NCBI RefSeq assembly: GCF_009914755.1
Contig: NC_060944.1
Length of the DNA stretch: 64,000 nt
Direction: 5' to 3' (one strand)
From: the human T2T-CHM13v2.0 reference genome, Homo sapiens
Shown one piece after another: positions 46,896-59,129 of the stretch. The notes under the pieces were generated by a model, which was given only the letters and a program-made list of their open reading frames with translations, searched no databases and had not been told where the DNA came from. The translations under genes and the position numbers were made by a program. Within the stretch, counting starts at the first letter, position 1. Each line of letters begins with the position of its first letter.

Positions 46896-48860
46896 AGGAA
46901 GAACTGAAAGGATTTGGTAAATAATTTTAAAAAGAGAGAGTGGAGATATCACCAATACCTTGACCAACTAACTCTTAAGTAACAAAAGAATGTGAATTGG
47001 GAGTTTCATAAAAATATGAAAAATATCCTGCAGATTTAGGCCAACGGACACCCCACCTTGTATTCCTCTACCTTGTGGATAACTATCATGGTCTGTTATA
47101 TAACCCCAGAAATTTCCCTAAGCCATCAGAATCCACCCCTCATCTCTAAATATTTTTTATAACACTGCTCATAAATAAGAAGTAGAGCCATTGCTTGGAG
47201 GTAGTCTATAAAGCAGAGGCATGGGGCAAATGGCATTTTGAAGCAAAACAAAAAGTTTTCAATTTATCAGGAAAGAAAAAAAAAACAAATCAGACCCTGC
47301 ATAACAAATTGGTTATATAAATACTCTGCGGTTGGGAGAGCTGCCAATACCCCTGCACATACAGATAATTTTGTAGGAGAAAGTAAAAATTTTGATCAAC
47401 ACCAGCAGAGCCTAATAGGCTGGAAGCCTGAGGCCTGACAAAGAGGCAGGAGGCACACCAGAAAACCCCTCTAACCTTGGAGGTGAGAAAGAAGGCAAAG
47501 GGAGGGAGGAGGCGAAACCTAGAAATAAAGATCTGGGAGAAACAACCCAATCTTGGAGCGAGCCCCAAAAATGCTTGTTAGAAGACCCACATTGAACAAA
47601 AGATCTAAATCTCATCATTTTGGTCTAAGATTTCAATGGAGAATTTCCCCACCCTCACCCAGTCCCTGCCAACCTGTTGTTACCCATCCAGCAGGACAAG
47701 GGGCTTACCGCTGCCAGCTGCCTCTCTAAGAGGAATTTCAACCACAAATGCTGGCATTTGACCAGAGACGGCCCACATGGGCATGCAGAATTAGGTCTTC
47801 ATTGGAATAACTGAGCAGAAGAGCTGGGGCCTGGAAAGAGACTTCCTGGACATCCCAGGGCCCTTGTAGTGGCCAGGCCACTGTCTTGAGACCTCAGGTT
47901 CTGTCCAGGAGGGTACTGTGGTCTGGTGTGGAAGGGGTCAATATTTCCTATAAAGAAGGAGTGTTTTAAGGGTGATAAGAACTCAGCCATCTCTTCCCTA
48001 TTTAAGAGGAAGTCGGTGTGAGTCCTTGGGCCCAGAGTTACATGGAAAAAGATATCGGTTCTTGTAAGAAAGTAGGCTTTGCACCACAGAAGGAGGCATT
48101 TGCAATGCAGAGACCGGAAAGGAGAAAAGAGGGTGACGTGTGCTCCATAGAGAGCAGCAGGGGAGCAGATCAGGATCCCCACCCCTTCTCCTGAGAGTAC
48201 TCGAGCCTCACTTGAGACAAATTCTTAAGATAATCATAAAAATCCATAGCAACTTTGTTGATGTTGGGGTTTGCACTGAGATTCCAAATCAAGAGGCTGG
48301 GCAAGCGAAACAGGTTCGGATTTCTTTCACACAGCAGGTGAAAGAATGTAAGAACTCCTGGTCAAAGTCAAGAGCCCGGCACTGCCTGCTCTGGTCACAT
48401 CTATTCTGCCCCACATTTCTATAACAGGAAATTAGGCCAAAATGCATCTCCAGCATCATTCACTTCCAAAATGCTCTCCATAACAAACTTTTTCACAATG
48501 GTCTGTGAAATTGTTTGTTCTGTTTATCCTCCGATGGAGGAGAGAAACTGAGTCCAATAGATGAGTTGGCATTTCCAAGCCTTTCACCCATGTCTGGGGC
48601 CATGAGGATGAAAATGCACCCACACCTCAAGTAAATGCTGTATCAGTGTTTCAGCACAAAAAAGAATAAGATGCTTTTGAGAGTGTGTGGCAAGTGATCT
48701 GAGTCATGAGGTCTCCAGAACCCTGATTTGAACAGTAAAATGAAGGAAATAGCCAAAGGCCTCTCCTATGCTGCTCCTCCGGTATTGACTGCCTGGACAG
48801 CACTACAGCCTTGGGGAGACAGATGCTCACAAGACAATTCTCTGCTGGAAACCGGAAGGC

Positions 48861-48861
<1 letters not shown>

Positions 48862-48891
<30 letters not shown>

Positions 48892-48892
48892 G
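48862..48892. repeat. (TG)n microsatellite
   Basis: tgtgtg... run. Confidence 0.95.
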
Positions 48893-49302
48893 CAGCCTCA
48901 GACAGGTGACCTCGGAAAGCAGGAGTGAGGCCTTGGGGAAGTTGAGGCTGGCAAGAAGGAAAAGTCAACTCTGGGAAGCATCATTAGGCTGGTCATGGCC
49001 ACAAGCAGCAGGGGCTCCAGCCAGCCAGCACCCTGTGAGGAGCCAAGTGGAATGCCGGCCAGAAGCATCCCCAGGGGAGCACAGGTGAGGGAAGCACGTA
49101 CCCCACCCCCAGGGCTTGGGGCTTGCCCTGAGCGTTGACTTTGTGTCACTCTGGCCTGCACACACACAGGCCAGGCACATGGTGCCTCCCAAGAGCAGAA
49201 ATCAAAATTCTATGTCAATGCCAAGTGCTTCTTGGCCGAGGGTACCATTCCCCATGGCCACAGCAGGGATGCCAGGTGAGACTAGAGGAACCTAAGCCTG
49301 GG

Positions 49303-49344
49303 GGGTCCCCAAAGTCGGGTCCCCAAAGTCGGGTCCCCAAAGTC
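49303..49344. repeat. Tandem 14-mer x3 (GGGTCCCCAAAGTC)
   Basis: Three perfect copies. Confidence 0.95.
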
Positions 49345-51939
49345 ATCACCCAACAAATCTTTTCTTTCTTCTTAAAAACACATGTACTCATCATTCTGGA
49401 AGATGCCCTGACATTCCAAGTTTGGCCTGCACACTCTGTTCTCACACCGGCCCTGCCATCCCTACTACGCTCCATCCTCTTTGCTCCTTCTTGTCTAGCA
49501 GAAGGGAGCAGGAGCCTGCCTGCCAGCTGTGTCTCCTAAGGCAGCCCTGGCTGGGCTTCTCTCCCCTCTGCCTGTAAGGCCCAATGTTCAGATGTCAAGG
49601 GTCTGTCTTTTTATAGAAACAAAGAGCCATGCAGAATCACTGTTTTTGGGATTGCTGTCCTTGCAGCTGTGATGAAAGTCGATGACTTTCCAATCATTTC
49701 CTCTAACTTCTGAAGGGCTGGAGTAGCAAATGCCCCTTCCCCTCTTTTGCATGTTTGCAGGATGGGAGTTTCAGATGTTGTTTACCTGCCAGACGTGGAG
49801 TGGAGGCTTCCCAAAGCAGCATGATGTACCCACTTCGGGGCCACATGGTAACGGGGACTGAGAGAACAGGGCATCTTTTCTAAGACGGACCGAGCCAATC
49901 TGAGCAGTCTGGCCCTGCCTGCAAAGTCTGTGTGGCCTTAGGAACGTAATTTAACCTCCATGGGCTCCATTTGTTTCTGTTTGAGACCCTCTTCCTAATT
50001 GTGCCCGTGGTGCCTAGTTCATAATCAGTTCTCAGTTCATGGTGGCCCCCCTTCATCCCCCAAATGTCAAAGTCTCCAGCTTCCCATTTCCCTTCCATTC
50101 CTGACTCTAAGTCCTTAAATTGGGTGACCATTAATATTACTGCTAGGAGCATTTTCAGAGCACTTTACATTTACAGCGTTTTTTCCTTCCCAAATTGTTC
50201 TCGGTCCTTTCTTCGGAATAGGTATTAAAAACACCTCATTGGACAAATTCCTTTCCTTAGAAGATACATCATGAATATGGTTGGAGAAGGCAGGATCATA
50301 ATTCGGAGAATTCAGGGTTGATTTCCCTTACCTTCCTGCTCTTTTGCTGTAAAGTCCGGAGCCCCAGGAAGTGCCGCCAAACTACCCCTTATTTTCCCTC
50401 CAAGAGCAGGGCAGAATAAATTGCTATTTTGTTTGGTTTTGTTTCTCATATACAAGGCCTCCCAGGCCCTGGAACCTAGGCTACTGGCATTTTAATTAAT
50501 GTTAATGACTGGGATGACCTCCTCCCCATTGAATCTGAGTAAGGGAAATAAACAGGCAAACCCGAACAAAGCCATGTGCGGATGTGGTACCCTCTAGAAA
50601 AGCTGACCTCTCCGATGGCTGGCCAGGGTCTCTAACCAGGCCCATACTCCTTCCTCATATACCCCCAATTTTGAATTTTTTTAGTTCAAATAGAAATTGG
50701 TTGCAGGGGGAAGCAGGTAGATTTCCTCCTTTAATACATAAATGATTCTGGGTCCTCGGAATCAGAATCCCCACTTTCTTATTACTAGGAGCATTTTTAC
50801 TCTGAGATCAATACAACCAGAATGTGTCCAACCATAACTTTACAACAACAGAAAAGATACATAGCAAATGCCTTCAAATACCTGGAATCTGGCCTTGAAA
50901 TCGACCTGGCATTTAAATCGACATGTATATCCCAGTTGGGTCAAAACATAGTCAAGGTTTCCCCCAGAGATACTCTGTTTCATTTTCCTTTTCAAGTAAA
51001 TTTCTATTTTTCCCCCCAACCTTTACAGCTTAAGCGTTTTATCCAGTTTAAACGTTAGGGATTTAAATTGCTATTTTAGTGGAAGAGGCTTGATTAAAAC
51101 CTGTGTCCTCATCAAATTATTGGACAGTGGTTCTTGGGCTCTGTTTACATTAGTGTCAACCTTAATTTAAATTCCGCATAACTATATTTGCTTCGCTAAA
51201 TGCATTCACCAGGAACACACCACAAATTACTTTGCATTATGAGCCGAGTCTCTTTGTCTATTGCAAAGTGTTTTGAAATTAGCACCATAAGTAACTAGCT
51301 GTAAGTGTCACTCCATCTCCTTAATGCCTCATTAATCAAACTCCATGGCAGCTGATGTGATGTCCAAGCCCCTAACATATAAGATCAGTATCATTTACTC
51401 CTTGCATTTGACCACGGTCTTTAAACTTGATTTGTTATTTGTGCATTTGCCCTCGCTGGAGCTCTGCTCCTCCCTCAGTGGCCTCCCAACACGTGGGGCT
51501 TTGTATGGATACCAGTTGCATGTGTACTCTTTGCAGAAATTGGAAATAAAAACCCATTTCCCATGTTGTGGAAATGCATAGCCTCAAAGTCAGGAAATTC
51601 TTTTAATGGAAGAAGAGTTCCACTTATTCCCCTGAGTTATCCACAGTGATTCCCCATGATTTTCAGATTAATGCTAAAATGCCATAATGGAAAAATTTCC
51701 CTGGGCAAGTTTTTCTCTATGTCAAGAATTAGAGAAAGGAATTACGTTCACCCAGGCAGACTACAATTTCCATCTTGGCCTCAGTTCCCCAAAAAACCAG
51801 ATACATTTAGTCTAAGCACTTAATCAGGAAAAAAAAATGTATTTTTCCCTTATTATGTGATACGAATTATTCTGTACTAAATACAAAATTTTAGAATTTA
51901 TGCTTGCAAAGAAATACAGAACAATTTATACTTAATAAT

Positions 51940-51945
51940 TTTATT
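51940..51945 (-). terminator. Polyadenylation signal AATAAA of a minus-strand transcript
   Basis: Minus strand reads 'tgtgTGTAcaTGTAATAAAAttattaagtataaattgttctgtatttctttgc': upstream UGUA elements, hexamer and downstream GU/U-rich element. Confidence 0.7.
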
Positions 51946-52004
51946 ACATGTACACACAAAATCATAGCAAAATATGATATATTTTATAGGATTTTTTTGT
52001 CTTT

Positions 52005-52404
52005 TCATGATGCCATCGAATATTTGCAAATGCCTAAATGGAACCCTTTCTTCATTCTCCACACAAGTCCAAAAACACAAACACACACGCACACACATAC
52101 ACCTATACACATGCATCCTTTTAACCAAAGGTAATACTCACTGGTGTTAAAACTAACAGCTCTACTGGACAATGGCTTCATGGACATTTTAGAGGCAGTC
52201 TTAAGTCTGCTGTGGGCACAGGCATGTCGGATATGATTTCCCTGCAGGGATGCCCTCTCGGTGGCTGTGGGGGATGCTTGCGGCCCCTCGCCTGCCAGCG
52301 CTGAGCTCAGCCTCACAGTGAGCCGAGATGAACAGGTGCTCTCTTCTCTGGCGGCGGCGGCACGTGAGGTCGGCTCCTTGCAGAACAGCGTCTCAGTGGG
52401 AGAC
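52005..52404 (-). CDS. Possible alternative C-terminal coding segment (~132 aa, SPTETLFCKEP...GICKYSMAS*)
   Basis: Stop-free frame 52406-52005 begins right at the candidate acceptor 'ctaaag|GTCT' (52404); CpG-rich patch within an AT-rich UTR; no recognisable domain. Confidence 0.3.
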
Positions 52405-53286
52405 CTTTAGCTTCACGGCCTTTCCTTCTGACCACCCAGCAGGAAAAATATACGAAAGCGTTTTTTTCTGCCAGTTTTGTCGATGAGACAAAATACAAAA
52501 ACAAAAAAACACACAGCATTAAAACTTTGTATTTCCCACAGGTGGGCTTTGGAAATGTTTACCACAGTCATAGTAAAACACTAGTTTTCTTCGGAATTAA
52601 ATTTTTTGCCTTTCCACCTTATAAAACCATTCAGGCTAAATAACCACATTACAATAGAATTAAACATTGAAGCCTGGCTCCCGAAATCAACATCAGTGGG
52701 AAAACCCACTGATTCGGAACACACACCCAACAGTGCAAATCTATGTTAGATTTTGAATTTAATATCAACTTAATGTGACTGTAGTTTATATTATTATCAC
52801 ATCTACTTTCTTTTATATTTAAAATAGGCTCTGATTTTAGAAGAGCAAATGTAAAAAATATTTTGATTATTTGTTGATGACATTTACTCTGATTATAGGT
52901 GTAATCTATGGCAATTCCAAAAGTACCTTGTATGTCCCATCTCCAGTTCATCCTGCTTTTACCCTGAGTCCAGCAACCTCTATTCATTAGGATTCTGAAC
53001 AAAATAAGCATGAAAGGGGAAATCCAAAATAATATTCAGAAGTGGCAAATCATAACTGAACATAGTTTTAAACTTGACAATTTAAAACTTTTGCCTCTTT
53101 TCAGCAGCCAGAAGAAGTCTGGTTATTTTAAGTCAAAATCTCTGCCCCAAAACCTCCTTTCCCTGCACTCCATGAACACCTCTCTCCCTTTTCCCCAAAG
53201 GCAACATTTTGGCTTGGCAAGCAATACACATCAATGAACCCTTCCATTTAAATGTCCCACAAAGATTGCATCCGATCACAGCTTGC

Positions 53287-53303
53287 AAGAAAGAAAGAAA
53301 GGA

Positions 53304-53343
<40 letters not shown>

Positions 53344-53347
53344 GAAA
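53287..53347. repeat. (AAAG/CTTT)n microsatellite
   Basis: ~60-bp gaaa repeat just downstream (minus strand) of the candidate stop codon. Confidence 0.95.
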
Positions 53348-56300
53348 TCAGACATAGGCAGTGTCAAATGTCTTATACGTCCGCCCCCTCTGTTCTTCCA
53401 TTCTCTCCCTCACCATCCTCTTGTAAAATAAAAGAGAGCCGAGCATAACTTGTTACAGTAAAGGCACCCCGAGATTTAGGGGGATAAGTACGGCCTACTT
53501 GTTATCTGCAATGCTGCAGCTGTGCTTTTATCTGGCCAAAGGAGACAGGGGACAACAAAAGATCCCAAAGAAGGGACAGTGGACGCATGGGAAAACCACT
53601 ACCCCAGCATTGTGGTGCCCTTCTGCTGAGCAAATAGTTCAAACTGTTCATTCCCATCTTCTATTCTCTCCCTGGTACATTGTTTGTGCCCTTGCATTTC
53701 ATTCTGCAAGGAAGGTTGCTCTCTGGGCCTATAAGCAAACAGTCCAGAAAAGGGCTAGCCATCCTCTTCTCTTCCCCGGAGAACTAGCATTTTTATTTCG
53801 GCTCCAAGCTGTCAAAGATCTGGAGAGTTTATGTCAGTGTCCTGAATTAATTGCTTTAAGCTGGAGCAAGCTCCACGGGCTACCAAATGTCCAAAAGATG
53901 TTTATTAATAACATTTCCTCCAGGATCATGGCTCCAAGCTGTCTCTGGGTGGTGGCTTTTCTATGCTGCCACCCTCTCACCCCTGGCCTCTTAATGCTCA
54001 GGAGGGGATTGCCTCTTTCAGTCATCATGACAAAATTTAGAATTGCCCGGGATGAAATAAATATCCACCTATGTCACAGGGTGTGCACGGCGGATATCTT
54101 TGTCCTGACTCAGAAAGAGTTATAGAAGCCCTGTGTGCAACCTACAAGTGGTCTGGGGGAGAGCAAAAAGCAGCCAGGACCCCCCTCTGTGAAAGCTCAT
54201 TTAGCCAATACAATTAGCAAAAGGAGCAGGAGAAATCGGGGCTTTGGCTTCCCCTCCCTACCTCCTCCTCCAAAAGAAAATTCAGTGAGGCTGACAACAC
54301 AATGCATTTTGAAGTTTTCCTGGTACCAAAAAAAAGCCTCTTTAATAGAATGAAATAATAAACCAATTTATATACTGATATAAGACTAGGATCGTGAATG
54401 CCATTGTGTAATTTTCCACTTGACTTTTCATTATCTACCTGAACAAAATCAATCTATATGTATGGGATCAACATACAATTCCAGAGATAAAAGCTGAAAA
54501 TAAATGCGCTTTGCATATCCTGGAGATAAAAGACACAATCCTTGGTACTGCCTTTTCTTCTCCAGCAGATGCATTTATAAAATAAATTGTTGTGTCAAGG
54601 AAAAAGTGAGACGTAGCAGTGTATCTTGAGTGTGGACTCCTTTGCTGGAAATATTGATCCTGCAAATGAACAGTGGTTAATAAGTACCCTGCAGACGATA
54701 TCAGGTCTTTTGCCCTAGTTTACCCAGAGTGCAGTCTGGGTCAATGTTTCTCCCAACCAAAGCTCCTCACCTCCAAAAAAAAAAAAAAAAGACTTCCCCT
54801 ATTAGCATGGATTTAAAGCTGAGGACTTCAAGGGCTTTTTAAAGCCACTCTACAGAGACAAAGCACATTGAAAATTCACATTACATTAGAAAACCCCATG
54901 CAGCAAACGCCCAGCTTGTGAAGCACACAGTCCTCAAAAGGGAAGGAGAGATGGTTCCATGCACTTTAGGGTTGACATTTATTACTTTAAACAGGTTGGG
55001 TTCCATTCCTTGTATGCCTTTCTTTGCTCCAATAATTAGCAATGGTGCTAAAAGTAGTAAAGCTCTCTCCCCATTAGCCATGCCATGGGTCCTCCTTAAT
55101 TCCCTTTTTTTGGAATGTGTCACTGAATCTGCGTGAATCTGTGTGCCCTGGTGGGCAGATGGTGGGGCATTGTTGAGGGTGCTGTGGCTGTTTGTGTGCC
55201 CTGTTGTGTTCAGGGCTCTTCGAGGAAAGTACACCCACTCTGCCCTCCCAGGGTGGGCTCACCTTGGTTGCTGTTCACTTTCCTGTAAGGGAGGGGTTCA
55301 TTTCCAACGTTGTATAGATAGCAAAGAGAGGCCCACAAGGCATGGGACCATCTTTCACCCCAAACAATCACTCTGAGTTTGTGAATATTTTCCGGTCATA
55401 GAAAGAGATTTCCAAAAATTAGCTACTCTTCATTGTTTATTCATTGTTAGATTCAGTAACCTCAGGGGAGCTTAAATATCTACCATGGCAGCGTGATTGT
55501 CACAGCTTCAGCTCTTAGGGCAGGACAACTCCACACTTGTATATTTTAGGATCTTTGCATTGACAAATGTTAATGGCTGTTGGTCTATTGGTTCAGCAAG
55601 ATTTTGCAATTCCTGATGTTCACAGACCTCCTTCCCTTCTCCTGGGCTCTGTATTCACACACAGCACCCATTTGGACTGGGACCATTGCCTCTTGATTAG
55701 CAAATCTGGTGCTGTGCTCCACTCCTCAGTTTATATTTGTTGAAAACTCTGAGGAAAGTGTCCAGGAGCAATCTGATGCAGTGTCATGGCCTTTGGGGAA
55801 ATGCTTGGGAGGGTCAAAGCTCAGCCTGGGGAGAAGCTCATGTGCTTTTAGTCACAGAAGACTCTTAGGACAATCAGTGTGCTTTATTCATTTCATCTTT
55901 TTGTTCCAGTAGCTGTAAATAAGCAAGTCTAGAGAAAGTGTAAGATGTGGTCAAGAAGAGTTATGCAGTCATTAGACTTTTGTTTGAAAAGAGAACACCT
56001 TCCTGAAGGCATGTTTTGAAAAGGTCCTATATTTTCATGACAGAAATGATGCCTTGAATGGCTACAGCTTTCAGCCTTGGTGAGCCCCAGCCTTATTTGA
56101 TCCATATTTTAATTACTCTGTGATTCAAATCTGCATCGTAGGGAATCAGTACAGCGACATAAGAGCTTCAACCAGCATAAAGAACATTTTCAGGAGCTTT
56201 GTACCCCTTAAGTTCCCTGAGGAAAGACAACACACCAGAACAGGTGTCACTATTTCCACAGAGAAACCTGCTCATGCTGGAAAATGTCTTGCTAAGTGGC

Positions 56301-58958
56301 CTCAGAACCATCTTCTCAGGCTGGAACAGTGCTCCACCCACATGCAGAATCCTGACACAGTGGAACGCAGCCCATGTTGATGAAATAAATATTTAGTAAA
56401 CAGGAGAAACTGAGTTTTTCAAAAAGGTATTATTATAATGTTTTTAGTGATCATGTCTTAGTTGAACCATCTTGATGCCATTTCCTAGAGGAAGAAAAAT
56501 GTACAGTAAGAAGTCCAGTAAATATATGTAGATGCACATGTTTCAATAAATACAATCAGATGGAAAGTTGTCAACTTTTGCTAGCTCTAGCATTTTAAAA
56601 ACTGTACATCAACAGTTCAAATCTTTAAAAAAAATAGATGAAGGGTATAAAACAACTTAAAGTCCAATGCGTCCCTTCACACCAGGCTTGATCGAGAAAT
56701 GAGAAACCCATTTTACAGGTGAACTAAAATGAGATAGGTATTTCATTTACCCTTTTACAAAGGCCAAATGGGAATGCTTTCCAAAGTTGTTTTTATATTG
56801 GAGGTAAAGAGGGGGAACAGGAATTGGGTGAAACATAGTACTCAATCAGAATCTCCTGCAAGTCTTCTAGAAGCATTCACTGGAACTCAGTGACAATAAA
56901 ATCCCTCCCCATGGTGTTCCAGATTACCAACACAGATATCCATTCAGAAGAGGATGAGATCTCAGAATGGGGCCAGAAGAGGACTTTGCTCTACCCTAAA
57001 GACACCGAGATCTCCACAGTACTTAACGTGTCCTTCAAGTGCTCCCTGATCAAGATAGTTGTTTTTTAAAATGAAAAGAAACATGACTTGATGACAACTT
57101 GAACAGTGAATTAAAATTTCATTTTGAAAGTATACTGTCACTGTGAAAAAATTCCTGGATTATAACACTACAGAATGCTATGAGAGACGTTTATCATTTA
57201 TTCTGTCTTACAGTCTATCTCAAATTGTTATAAAATGTTTTAAATGCAGAAAACTAAGTGAAAAATCTCTAAACCTAAATTATCATTTGACTCATAAAGC
57301 ATTGCTTTTATCACAGGGGACATGCAAGAAGGTGGCTGGCCACTCCTCTCATACATATCCCTGTTTTTCTTGACTTGAAAATGTCTCAAGTATATTTATT
57401 AAATATGTGTTCATTATTTAACAATGAGAACTATGTATCTTTTCTGCGTTTTTCCTACCATGTCACAGAACTCAAAAAGCACATGATACCAGGGAGGGAA
57501 ACAGGTTCGTTTTAGAGAAATATGAAAACAGTTGTTCTGTTACATAACTGGGGTAATAACAGTATTATGGCAATTCCCTTTAAAATAGCATTTGATACAC
57601 TTCAACAGAGGGAGTGTCAGGCATTCTGTTTTGTACAACTTCCGGCTGCATCAGCACCAGTTGTGTCAAACATGTTGATATAACATGGTGTTTATAAAAG
57701 TCGAGTTAGCTGTTCAAATGTACTTTATTTTTCTTTTCCAGAAATTCTACAAGACAGAGATGTGGATTCACAGTCAAACACAGAAAGGATACTTAGTTCT
57801 CAATGAAGCCGGGGGGAGGGGGTAGTTTATGAGAGCTTCCTTCTAAAAGGAGCTGTCTGTTCCCTGAAGAAATGACAATTCCTTGTCCCAAGCATCACTC
57901 AAAGTTCAAAAGAAGCATCTGCAGCCCAGCACAAGAAAGTGTTTTGCTACCAACATCCTGATGCCACTTGCACCTTAAAAGTGGTTAATACCTGCTGTGG
58001 ATTGACTCAGATAAACCAGGAACAGCATCCCAGAATCTCTGCACACTGACCTGTGAATTGATGAAGCCAAAGACCACTGGTGAAGTCCATTTCTCTCCCT
58101 TTGCTTTCCTCCAAGACAAAGAAGAGTAGGAAACACACTGGGAGTTTTTTGTTGTTGTTTTATTTTGTTTTGTCTTTTCTTTGAAAAAAAAAAAAAAAGA
58201 TAAGCATCCATTTCCAAGTAATTTGAAGCGAGATAATTCTAGTTAGTGAAGAATTTCAATAACGGCTTTCCTAGAAACTCAAGACTGATTCAAACAGCAA
58301 ATACTGAGATGCGGTTCCATCCCAATTTATGGGGTTTTCTTTTCCTTTTTGAGGAAATAAATAATTTTAAAGAGCCACAAAAGAAGGGAGGCAAATTATT
58401 AGATATTTTGCTTGACATCAAAGTGATTTTACATTTATAAAGGCATACTGGCTTTCAAAATTTTTAATGTTCCAGTCCTAGCTAAAAAGTCATGTCATGT
58501 CCCCCAAAACGAGCCTGAATTGATGCGAGGTTTTATGCAGACTTTAGGTCTGGTGAAGGGAATTTTGTGGAGCTATGTGTCACGGTTTGGGGTGAAATTA
58601 AACCCTACGCTTGATTCCAGTGTCCATTTTGAGCTCGTTAGGATTGCATGTGTTTTTCCTGTTTGCACCCGCTTTCTTCAGCCTTCTATGCACATACAGA
58701 TGGTTACATTCTCATACTGGGTACCTGCAGAAGGTCACATGCTTTGCATCAATGGCAATTAGTTCCCTTTTTAAAATGGAAAATGTCATTAAGTTCTTGA
58801 ATAATTCAAGAGTAGAGGTCACAATACAGTGTCCCTTTTGGGGGTCTTTATGGTGCAAATGGCAAAACAAGGCGATCCTATCAGTAAGAGTAGATCTAAG
58901 GTTTACAATGTAGCTCTATTTAGTGTGACAGGAAAATTAAATTACAGGAGGCACTCAC

Positions 58959-59013
58959 TCATTGTCACCCGTTAACAGGCTTGGGAAAATTGTGAATCCC
59001 TGGGGGCAAATCA
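58959..59013 (-). other. Candidate micro-exon (55 nt, or 41 nt from the alternative acceptor at 58999)
   Basis: Acceptors 'ttttattcccctcgcacgtcgtcag|TGA' and 'gcccccag|GGA'; donor 'AATGA|gtgagt'. Confidence 0.5.
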
Positions 59014-59129
59014 CTGACGACGTGCGAGGGGAATAAAAATATTTCATTTTAATTGGCTGTTGTTTCCTTTGCTTGATTTTGAAAACAACAAACATAAACA
59101 TGTCCCCCACAGTTCTCCTTGGAAATAGG

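Larger units (their letters stand above)
51920..53419 (-). other. Candidate 3'-terminal exon/3' UTR of an unidentified minus-strand gene
   Basis: Acceptor 'ctctcttttattttacaag|AGGATG' at 53419; short ORF end DGEGENGRTEGADV* (stop 53375-53373) in one phase; AU-rich transposon-free UTR-like body; strong PAS. Confidence 0.55.

Noticed and set aside
53499-54125. 208-aa plus-strand ORF
   Set aside because: Non-ATG start, no recognisable domain or coding-like composition, and antisense to the inferred gene; likely chance.
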